From a virus (taxonomy: Duplodnaviria; Caudoviricetes), in IMG/VR virus record IMGVR_UViG_3300032332_001787, positions 166,098-230,097 of that record: a stretch of DNA of 64,000 nucleotides; one strand, given 5' to 3'. Positions within the stretch are counted from its first letter, which is position 1; every line of letters begins with the position of its first letter. Below are positions 24,601-30,327 of the stretch, in pieces. The position numbers and the translations under genes are program-made. The notes beneath the pieces were generated by a model, which was not told the origin of the DNA, searched no databases, and saw only the letters and a program-made list of their open reading frames with translations.

Positions 24601-27600
24601 ATACTATCGCTAGTTCCTGTTCCCGGACCTTTAAAAACACTAATGCCTCCACCAGCAAATGATCTCATGCCATTACGATCTGCCCGATTCATTTGTCTTA
24701 ATTTAGAATATCCTATATTTTTTGCTAACTCTGGAGGAACATAAGCTTCTCCAGAGCTAACTAGTGCTGGAACAGTATCAGTTGCGTCTCCTCCAGTTGA
24801 ATATCCCTTAACATTTTTAAGATAAGTAACAATGTTGTCTTTTATGGTTGATGGACCAGCTAGTGTTCTTTTAACATCAGTTGGTATATTAGGAGGTAGT
24901 TTTGGTTCAAATTTTTGTGAGACTCTACCAAGCCCAGTCATAAAATCAAATCCATTACCCTTTGGTGATCCTACTGCTCCTAGTCTTCTTATAAATGCTT
25001 CTAATAAATTGCCTTTAAGTGATTCTATATTTTCTAATGATTGTGTGTTTTCTTTTAATTTTTTAACTCCTCTATATCTATAAACATCAATTCCTTCATC
25101 GGCTCTTTGTTTAGCAGCGTTTATGTTTCTTTTGTCGTCGTCAACAAAAATAGATCCTGGAGTTAGTTCTGCCGCTTTTAGCTTGGCAATATCTGATCCC
25201 GAAACGGTGGGACCGCCCAACCCTTTAAATTGACTATCTGTTATTGGTAAGCCTTTACTGCTTAACCATGTTTGAATTAAGGGGAGCGTTGCTTTTGGTC
25301 TAGCTGTTATTACTCGTATATTTTTTAATAGCTCTGGTTTTTTACCTACTAAAGAAACTAATTGACGACCTAGTACGCTTAATTTGGCTTTACCCAGAGC
25401 CTCAGTTACTTTGGGAATATCAGAGAATTCACTAAATCTTGGTTTTTTGGGATCTGCTAAAATTTTATCAGCACCAAAAGCTAATGTTCTATCGAAATCC
25501 AGAGCTAATTCTCTACCAGACTCAAATCCACTTAATACTGATCTGACCTTTTTCTTTTGATAAATTATTTCTGCTCTTTTTTCTTTTTTAGCCTGTGCCA
25601 TTGGTATAGTATCAACAGCCTTATCAAAACTAGAATCTATACTACTAGCTCTTTTTTGATTTTTATATACTCCACTATAAATGCTAACAGTATGTTGTTT
25701 ATTTGGATCTTTTAATTTGCTGTCTTGTATAGTTTGAATTACTGGCTGGGCTGCAAATGCACTGCCAAATAGTCCAGCAGCACCAAATACTAATCCTTTA
25801 GCTGTTGCTTTATTTTGTTTTCTTGTTTGACTAGCTTCTTTTTTGCTTGCTAATGCAGCTTTTTGTTTAGTAAATTCTGCTATAATAGCAGCTTTGCTTG
25901 CTGCTTGTTGTGGGGTCGGTGTTCGCTTATTTAGCGTTGTATATACTTCTGTGGCGCTAATACCTCCAATAGCCCCAGCTTTTTCTGCTCCTAATAATTT
26001 TATAATCTCTTGTGTTGTAGCAGGTTTACCGGTTGTTGGGGTTACTATTCCAGCATCAACAAATTTACGAATATAACCACCAGAAGATTTACCTAGTCTC
26101 TCAAGCTTGGTAAGCATTCTAGCTGGTCTTCGTCCCAAGATAGCTTCATCCGTGTCTCTCTGCGCCCTTAAATCTTTAACTCTATTTGCAACATCGGTTG
26201 GTGTTTTTGCAGTAACTCGACTAGGCAGTGTCGATAGTTCAGCAAGGGTTGATGAGTATCTTCCTGCTCTTCCTTTTCTTTTTTGGGCATTTTCTTGAAT
26301 TCTTGCAAGAATACTGTCTAGTAATTTTGGCCTTTTTTGTAACGTAGCCATATAAGGTTTTAAATAAGCTATGCCTTCTGGAGTAAGAAGTTTTTTCATA
26401 GCTTCGATATCATTACTCATAATGGCTGCTCTGGCAGCAGTGCCACTAATGCCGTCTCTAGCTATTTGCATTGGTTCATAACCCTGTGAGCGATATCTGT
26501 CCATGGTAGTAGATGGCTTATCATCGCCCATATACGCAATGTTCTTTTTATTTGGATTTGGAACGATATAAGAATCATCTCCAACTTTAAAAACATTAGG
26601 AATAGAACCCGGAGCATTCCCTTTTGGCGCAGCAGAGACATTAAACCCTTTTGCTCCAAATACTTTTTGAGCCATTCCTACTCTTGAAGGTCCACTGGAT
26701 GATGTTTGGGGTAAAATTGCTGTTCTTTCTGTTTGATCATCTCTCTTGAAAGGGTCTACAGGAGTATTTCCAGAAACGTATATCACAGTATCTTCTGGTC
26801 TAATCTTACTTTTCTTTGCTCCCTGCATTACTGCTTTCACATGGCCAGCTGTTGTTGGTCCTAAATTACCAGAAAAGACTGCTGTTTTCTCTGGAGTTCT
26901 TACTGTTGGTTGATTAGTTCGTTTTTTACTAAAGTTAGGACCAATAGCATATGTTACAATTTTTTTTTGATCGATTCCAGAAACTTCTTTAGCTGCCATA
27001 TAAGCTTCACCAGCACCACTATCCAAAGAAGCTCCTTTAGTAGCTCCTGCTTTTCTTCCAAACAAACCGACACCAGTTAAGTCCCTGCTTTTACGATTCT
27101 CAATTAATACATTTTGAGATTCTTGAGTTCTAGATGATAAGTTGATAATTCTATCTGATTGAGTTAAAAACGCTTTTTGATTTGGTCCAACAACAGAAGT
27201 TGAGTCAATTATGCTATCTGATCGTAAAATATCTGCTTCTGTTAGAATTGGATATCTGTTAGTTTTGCGTAATTTTGCATTATCTGCTTCTTTTGCTCTT
27301 GCTCCACCTTGAATAAAAGTGCTCTTACCAGAACCAGCAACTCCATATACTGTGCTTAATTTCCCTAAATCTCCAGACTGTCTTCTCATAGCAGCCATAC
27401 TAGATAGATGTGATTTATATTTATGCACATCTGTGATCTTCAATCTTTCCATTTCTTTTCTAACAATATCCATATTAGATGAATCATTTAGAATATCTCC
27501 ATCTATATATCCAATATTGCGAATAGCAGTACCTCCAACTGCAAATTTTTGAATTTTTCCACCAAAACTAAGTTTATACTTGCCTTGTTTTTTTAACCAT

Positions 27601-30239
27601 GAAATATAATCCGATTTATATCCATTTACATCTTTCATGTCAGATCCATGGATAAGATTAATAGTTCCTAAATTTATAGTATCTATAGAATTTTTATTTG
27701 GGCGATTCTCTTTAAATCCTAAAGATCTGTATGGAGTATTTTCTAGCCTATATCTTATTAATTTACCAAGTATTTCGTTATCGCTTGTAGAGCCAGATTT
27801 AAATTTAACCTCATAAATATTTTTACCTTTAATAATATCTATAGGAGCATTACTAATATCACTATATCCATTTGCTCCACCGTATTTCTTTGCTCCTTTG
27901 CCCATTCTTTGTCTAACTAAATCTTCCATTACTGAACCGCTTATAGCATCAAATTTGCCTCTACTAGATGATCCCTTTAGTCCTATGGGAAATTTAATTC
28001 CATTTCTCTCTAATCTATTTGTAATCTTAGGATAATCTTTATCTTGAAAACCATAATCCTCAAATGTCTTTTTTTGAATATTTGCAAAAACCCTGTCATC
28101 ATTCTCTATGAACTTTTCAGATTGGTTTTGAAAAGTTTTAATTCTTTGTCCATTATCTGATCTTTTAGTTAAACTACTTAGTAATACTGGTTGAGTTAAA
28201 CCTCCTGAATTTAATCTTTGTAGGTTACCAACGCCAATAGCTTTTACCGCTGGTTTGCTCATGACAAACTCACCAGGAGTTAATTTTGCAGAAACCGTGT
28301 CTCCGTTACCAAAACCAGGAACGTAGCCTCCAGAAGCAAAGTGTCTAATGGGTCCACCTTCAGCAGCTCTTTGTCCCGGTCCAACACCCCTAAAACCTCT
28401 TCCGAAACCACCAGCAAACTGAGTAACAGCCTGAGCCCCTCTGAGAGCAGCAAATAAACCAAGTAATGGAACAAGCCCCTTAGCTGCATCAGCAACTTTA
28501 ATTAAGGCGCTAGCAAGATCTAGTCCTACTTTAACGATATTTTGAAAACTATCTGTATTTCCTATGCTACGAATTAATGCTAAAAATTCTTGTCTGACTT
28601 TTGCTATTTGAACTGCTAATGCCTGTTGTCCTTTAGCAGCATCTACAGCTAATGAACCTTGTCCTTCTTGGGCAACTTTTAATGCTTCTTGAGCAGTGCC
28701 GAACTGTTGAATAAGTGGTAGAACTTTACCAATCTGGCGGAAACCACCAAGTTCTTCGACTATAGAACTAAATTTCAGATCTCTAGGATCTAATTTGCCC
28801 AAACCTTCGCTAAGTCTTTGTACTGCTATATAAGGCCCAACGAATTTACCTTCTAAATCTGTCAATGTTACACCAAATTCTTTAAGAGCTTCGATAGTAT
28901 CTGCTCTTTGAATTCTGGTAAAAATTGTTCTTAAGCCAGTAGCAATAGTTTCTGCGCTTTCACGAGTTGTGGCTCGTATACTAGTAAATACAGATATGAA
29001 TTCATTTAAGGCTTGGGTTCCTTCGCTGACTCCTCTGCTAGAAGCTGCAAACACACCACCAGTACGTTGAATAGCTGTTATAATATCACTAGCTTCAACA
29101 GCAAATTTAGCCGATACTGCGTTGATGGAACCTAAGGCATTTTCTAATTGGCTACTACCTATATTAAACTGTCTCATTAGAGCAATAGATCCTTCAACAG
29201 TTTGATTCATGTCATCAAATGACGGAGCTAATGCACTTAGAGCTAATGCTTTTAGAGCTCTTTCAGTATCTTTAGCTGTTAACCCAGCTTGTGCTAAAGT
29301 TAATGTCGTAGAAGCTAATTCTGTTGATGAAACACCCAAAGAAGTAGATAGTTTATTAATTGTAGATGTAATATCTCCTAGTTTATCTTTAGCGTCACCA
29401 GTTACCTGACTAATTCTTGTAAGCTGTTGATCATATTCAATAAATGCGCTTACTCCATTCTTAAGAGCACTGGTAATACCATACGCCACGCCAGCCACAG
29501 TGCTAAATGCTGCGAAGCGTCTGATAGCTAGTCCTGCTTGTCTTCCGAAATTTTCTATTTCTCCTGTTGCTCCATTAATAGCTTGGCCGGTTCTAGCAGC
29601 ATTATTGCCTATGTTGCCTAAGTTGGTATTAAGTGATTGTAATCTAATGCTAGAAGCAGACCTCATAGCTGCTGCTAAAGCATCTATAGAACTTGCTGCT
29701 GCTGTAGCATTAGTTGCTGTCTGAACCAATAAATTATTAAGTCTTGTTAAATTAGTATTATAGTTATTAAGTGTTTGATTAATACCAGCATTTAATCTTA
29801 CATTAACAGAAACATTCAAATTGCCTAGTTGATTTCTGATTCTCGATCTTATTTGATTAACCGAAGAGGAAGAAACTGAAACTCCTACAGGAACTACTAA
29901 TCCACTTAATTGTTGCTTTATACTTTTACCAGCAGATTTAACAGCAGCTGTGCTAACTCCAATATTAATATTCGCAGATATAGAACTTAGTGCTTTTTTA
30001 ACGTCATTAACTATATTTTTAGTAGAAGTCTGATCAAGTTTGATATTTACATTCCCTGTTATTGTTCCTAGCTGTTTTTTTATCTCAGAAGATATAGATC
30101 TGAGATTGCTTTTATCAAGAACAGGAGTTATTGTTGCTGATACTGATCCTATTTGACGACGAATATCGGACACAACCGCCTTAATATTAGACGGTCCTCT
30201 TAGGTTAAGTTCTGCTGTTAGATTAAATCCTTTTGCCAT
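12651..30239 (-). CDS. Giant tape measure protein (5862 aa) with embedded enzyme-like cargo domains
   Basis: N-terminal TP901-type TMP core (AFIEYDQQLTRISQVTG...LSTSLGVSSTELA...LAQAG), Ala/Gly-rich helical segments, TMP-typical GTDTVPAMLTPGEFV motifs, and position after the tube and chaperone genes. Confidence 0.9.
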   Translation of the reverse strand: MAKGFNLTAELNLRGPSNIKAVVSDIRRQIGSVSATITPVLDKSNLRSISSEIKKQLGTITGNVNIKLDQTSTKNIVNDVKKALSSISANINIGVSTAAVKSAGKSIKQQLSGLVVPVGVSVSSSSVNQIRSRIRNQLGNLNVSVNVRLNAGINQTLNNYNTNLTRLNNLLVQTATNATAAASSIDALAAAMRSASSIRLQSLNTNLGNIGNNAARTGQAINGATGEIENFGRQAGLAIRRFAAFSTVAGVAYGITSALKNGVSAFIEYDQQLTRISQVTGDAKDKLGDITSTINKLSTSLGVSSTELASTTLTLAQAGLTAKDTERALKALALSALAPSFDDMNQTVEGSIALMRQFNIGSSQLENALGSINAVSAKFAVEASDIITAIQRTGGVFAASSRGVSEGTQALNEFISVFTSIRATTRESAETIATGLRTIFTRIQRADTIEALKEFGVTLTDLEGKFVGPYIAVQRLSEGLGKLDPRDLKFSSIVEELGGFRQIGKVLPLIQQFGTAQEALKVAQEGQGSLAVDAAKGQQALAVQIAKVRQEFLALIRSIGNTDSFQNIVKVGLDLASALIKVADAAKGLVPLLGLFAALRGAQAVTQFAGGFGRGFRGVGPGQRAAEGGPIRHFASGGYVPGFGNGDTVSAKLTPGEFVMSKPAVKAIGVGNLQRLNSGGLTQPVLLSSLTKRSDNGQRIKTFQNQSEKFIENDDRVFANIQKKTFEDYGFQDKDYPKITNRLERNGIKFPIGLKGSSSRGKFDAISGSVMEDLVRQRMGKGAKKYGGANGYSDISNAPIDIIKGKNIYEVKFKSGSTSDNEILGKLIRYRLENTPYRSLGFKENRPNKNSIDTINLGTINLIHGSDMKDVNGYKSDYISWLKKQGKYKLSFGGKIQKFAVGGTAIRNIGYIDGDILNDSSNMDIVRKEMERLKITDVHKYKSHLSSMAAMRRQSGDLGKLSTVYGVAGSGKSTFIQGGARAKEADNAKLRKTNRYPILTEADILRSDSIIDSTSVVGPNQKAFLTQSDRIINLSSRTQESQNVLIENRKSRDLTGVGLFGRKAGATKGASLDSGAGEAYMAAKEVSGIDQKKIVTYAIGPNFSKKRTNQPTVRTPEKTAVFSGNLGPTTAGHVKAVMQGAKKSKIRPEDTVIYVSGNTPVDPFKRDDQTERTAILPQTSSSGPSRVGMAQKVFGAKGFNVSAAPKGNAPGSIPNVFKVGDDSYIVPNPNKKNIAYMGDDKPSTTMDRYRSQGYEPMQIARDGISGTAARAAIMSNDIEAMKKLLTPEGIAYLKPYMATLQKRPKLLDSILARIQENAQKRKGRAGRYSSTLAELSTLPSRVTAKTPTDVANRVKDLRAQRDTDEAILGRRPARMLTKLERLGKSSGGYIRKFVDAGIVTPTTGKPATTQEIIKLLGAEKAGAIGGISATEVYTTLNKRTPTPQQAASKAAIIAEFTKQKAALASKKEASQTRKQNKATAKGLVFGAAGLFGSAFAAQPVIQTIQDSKLKDPNKQHTVSIYSGVYKNQKRASSIDSSFDKAVDTIPMAQAKKEKRAEIIYQKKKVRSVLSGFESGRELALDFDRTLAFGADKILADPKKPRFSEFSDIPKVTEALGKAKLSVLGRQLVSLVGKKPELLKNIRVITARPKATLPLIQTWLSSKGLPITDSQFKGLGGPTVSGSDIAKLKAAELTPGSIFVDDDKRNINAAKQRADEGIDVYRYRGVKKLKENTQSLENIESLKGNLLEAFIRRLGAVGSPKGNGFDFMTGLGRVSQKFEPKLPPNIPTDVKRTLAGPSTIKDNIVTYLKNVKGYSTGGDATDTVPALVSSGEAYVPPELAKNIGYSKLRQMNRADRNGMRSFAGGGISVFKGPGTGTSDSIGPIGLPVGSFIIRAAATKALGLSDGGAIGVQQFSSGGAVQRFFLGGGPRVPARPGAQASLENVRITDGVVTQLNEITEALTQLGVTSSSSAEIIRKGGQISSRAAINAYEADILRLRVSGAPMQTVIEAETRLANMRQQAATQVRAQRQLSGVSGRQLETIDHNAQQNLQAMVQRRQARGGEVDENFMRRAESVSYGRAARTAGLSPTQTAGLSGNDLRQYINTAMGDPRTFEQMNRAFEARRRGELRTQLTAEGRFGGDRNRILQEARRLAKQEADTRRATLNETRGSGGPGSGGRMSGQGMMGAAFGVQMIGSLIAQNINAESSSSNAQLSAGLQGGTNMLATGAMIGGGVKDMLPGLGKLAGSLGVAAVAAAAVGQAFIDAKNAALAFEKKMIQNKLNSALEETALEFVKLEKDIKDINIQRTITSKLAEAANMAKASMDINSKMAKTFWVNMLDSFGSNEKEGISSQSAAADRADILDKKGIGAYFASTGFGQVMGNQGGLLQGIQDLIAGKKASEMTGNIQAEQTRSSYVQDLIPGRAEESAKQFTPVAENINKLITNKAKGGANISDLITEFKGAGTDVNQFAVSLAMADKSVNAQIQSINNNIDLTADEKKARQDLVIGMHAEAAIRKQAAIAEREAAMKSLENSTSNFARSLERMFQNMEQSINKTNFGLEQMSRDLDLASSSLKGEAKIGSGSLNSMNVLQNPNAYSGAENNSARSQAASMFSGSTNVMKGLLSIGSNLESSILSTINNTIRKNPESNNEKMGFAIQKAVQEQLDSLQLPPDISSKLSGEVSKALEDMRKSGDDKVDFTQLVEKIPQLSKVIESSKRAQEVALKALENWQNALNNYSTRMNELADLQIDTNEKLRKSTQILTDGQLELAKTLGKTIDVSDVRRNVEATTAQQTGGPTRPQDIANQILGLDNTRKAQEGSSDIARQRGPQGADDFVRMQNNLRNTNVALRENYDALKNLAENTDIASTALNKIQEAQQKNEGKVGFIEKLVTSTPEEFNSLNAAFGRLQNNIRGQVNTIQNSQSAQKAYAEALNNGASGFEAMKAAQVAFANDRKETLSALKDVMPFLGDNKQANNIKANVLESMLQESGQGVSPVFQQILNTLRNPQADPETQAAMQQYQQAINTQSDANKQLAMLNNNLASQIANKSAEALAEALTKSKVTFENKELSDIAANVKAIENKLGDKPVPAAGKASGGIIYAAAGMNVDFAPKGTDTVPAMLTPGEFVVNRAATQANLPLLQSINSNKFSSGGKVSYYADGGYVSDFMKTTSRDSDNFNLTQDSYLDLNKNNKLIDNASEKALAGPQIFTRLQRNGLNKTPKNTFGFIDFKTDNIWDNSGEIVAGVTAPIRVTDRFDGGTTAKYTALDKSSKDLAEFKPILTDKLLVGRENLEVSKVSKIEAANYSTKLRAKYPTLSLDKLNLGNELDSIGDFPSSVEPSTLTHSEYNPNGKIRHRAGLYFGSPPPVPSVDFNNAPMNKIWQSSTYFGMGHVDAVSASEPSYDIGDYAGKKFGPSSAIKYNILYYPGISSNSPDSKYLKNRSQIDSLIEKHNENKNIIAQALDFDDTRVKFDQSVNGSYDKLMQSFSALYNGTSSHEDLTGEVDLLKTFAPLGKPRTLFVFPNTPYINSTLQDTVESLNLDQAKANGVQFAIDKKDPGLKNKELTQLYNLFDVTSTVAGGAPKHFPWMMNIDLDSLGKNFEEKAKEDVVNKMKNGPIKKQSLGFKMDKLSIPVGGKNLDLNYGVEYTKYSAPLWDEKTRSFSKDPARQLKDIFIPEPNKSPLDIFQQLEIDKKRIYNSSEFTPGDLLNKVQAIPLLDQYYNALINNDQTKQDNLSKQIKANDIISFSNALGLASNAPDAMNSLIFNDVIPRGANLEVGDWLINAIKDLSSATKNTATRAAKSIDNPNQLADIIGGNPGEIKDTVQKLAKGALGVFGRRKIPGFGSGWAFRYLRGVPGFGARPLKDDDMGKQAAAYASNVFNEAGAYASRLFYMARSPQQYNSIKEAYGLLAGATSAFGGIAGGNTRFIKTLLDNGDMESLFRSLGASANFQKAASRELSSDFKATLGQSLKGSKIRTIGADGSLTYEDFTNQVPKTYAELVDLGLNPYNEFTNIDTRRNIISKLRTDISQGKDSLGMPFYDPQTASYIDNALGSLLTWYSGGIVGWPGQDYFYDKNLPEKDRTDAVIQAIKSGRADQVRDNANLANSQLGVSAKYGQLPSAEWFEARQMAEPQMRANGGMIYAANGQMVNFQPRGTDTVPAMLTPGEFVINREATQKNLPLLKAINNGNHYSTGGIVNYLARGGLTVKKDFMPMDRAKYFNGYDTNKDGVLDDKEYTAKGTIFDYLDFRGNKDGKISVQELDSYNAAYDHHIQEYLSAAAKTKYAKLDPQKQKLGTSSLEFIQTYEAANKIKYGDRKISRNTLEEQFYSGDPNYPFTQGTIDREALIQKQTLGFKPMNWDWKAFGYGIASKAIPGLLSLGLGGLGFIAGNIAGPVVGVGGAVAGGLAGDQLGQYLNQEIYKMLPSSMKTDIEEKIKKNPEAYAAGQWTGFAAEIAGGSVADNAISKAVATITTKKLSKQVVAEAIKSGDSSLTRLMAVGSDVIPPENAVAKFADDLGSQAGSNSRKVVGGRRSIRQKIGDAVEDYNRRRTARSVAPAALERLAEIQSKFNSNIGDAYNIAIKRKYDSLAVGDVASALQTLGDVRSKAAQFHFDDLLKSSPDYIDPALLTKLTDNSPLYIAAQAQTKETFARLGIDVSGDFSKLDANKMFDDYFNKEYDILNATPSNPAAAAKRQQILDDVAHQYGIKPDDLAQIRKQLDDVVVKPKRGRFASINGLTQTAFVVRDILAARQSQRSIPAARPLQRPDEKQAKPQMPKSENPVTEFSAQEGSDGSKEPFSAIMIPAANNSKLDYYDELTYKEYLASLISSGKSPEQPIKNKFITPAFYTNDKTDSRNNIRVTAYDTRRPKNLLGDEKQINEGASDQLEITRLAGSIYGETNNAFKELSDYNQLKLIESPDEATQQTSKKTLGIMQTSYGAAITSLTELSKLINLSKTGNRSIMIGEKQDILVNIDDMVGKLQTLKTNYYSEVLAKGEPLTKINDSILDQFDKPFIRTNAEGKEVSPPEGGYSGKQVREARMDSDQKVRGMSGIETQYQNSYKYYRRILGEYNYHQNIGKGDKYAKGQKTTSSVSYKGQNSPRRMYTGGIVYASEGTLVNFQPRGTDTIPAMLTPGEFVVNAKATKANLSLLKSINSGGTKQYATGGVVYLAEGGRAFDNVLSQIQIDLSDIVGAQYNPAYADKIKQNIKDRESKGVRRVEKTIKNKETGKYETVGEEVKTDEKIKKEKEARDTANKQKIEEYEKFDKQRQTYLNEIIQNKPRQEQAIELADNIREKLRIMKTEFIAQIEEKVKNEAQKLGISLSELFETNTMAKAEWDFIKGKDVEPIGDIETFVKDIKNIISSHSIIKGMGGDSVNIKSISAENINTPNGRRLYYTEVKAKEIKQKNDSGVDGILPDDYRYFVIGNTEKVEGPLSLKPKQMSTGGIVYASNGMLIPYEPKGTDTVPAMLTPGEFVVNRSATQANLPLLKAINNGQTKAYSKGGVVYLAAGGETAQRDKALSQSPAGQLILTIKQQAESNKTLFEALDSSAFSNISSGDLEKKYNDVWSKLDADARYNAAKTQFTQDKKRVDYLTGVYSNASSAYATLKGNQLAVNTKIGDINILQLLKGQEAAMSEAKAIHEAWVSLAQKYPEFRADIGQGGTQAAGTGAVAGTPPTPEKGADKPPEKEPVNKRYGGMVYAAAGGNILPFTPISRGTDTVPAMLTPGEFVVNRTSTQRNLPLLQAINNNRYANGGQVGKVNYLYRGGQPTDETGGGGGVSTGGGSASPNTDGLSQFTATFQSFIDQLKNINPVINLKGEHNVNVNFNGAQYLALMDESIRKIVLSEVNAAMGDLHRDTEGAVGKRR
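13062..28304 (-). repeat. Eight dispersed copies of the G(T/D)DT(V/I)PAMLTPGEFV TMP module
   Basis: Near-exact copies at about 13062-13106, 13827-13871, 14841-14885, 17742-17786 and 20865-20909. Divergent copies at about 24560-24630, 24738-24785 and 28263-28304. Confidence 0.9.
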
Positions 30240-30254
30240 AATTTAAGTACTCTC

Positions 30255-30296
30255 AAAAAAAGAACACCATGCTGCTACTAAACAACATGGTGCTCT
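30255..30296 (-). terminator. Rho-independent terminator directly upstream of the TMP start
   Basis: Minus strand AGAGCACCATGTTG-TTTAGTAG-CAGCATGGTGTTCT-TTTTTT: 14-bp stem (2 G-U pairs), 8-nt loop, U-tract. Confidence 0.8.
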
Positions 30297-30327
30297 TAAC
30301 TGGAAAAACATACTATTAAAAATTATA

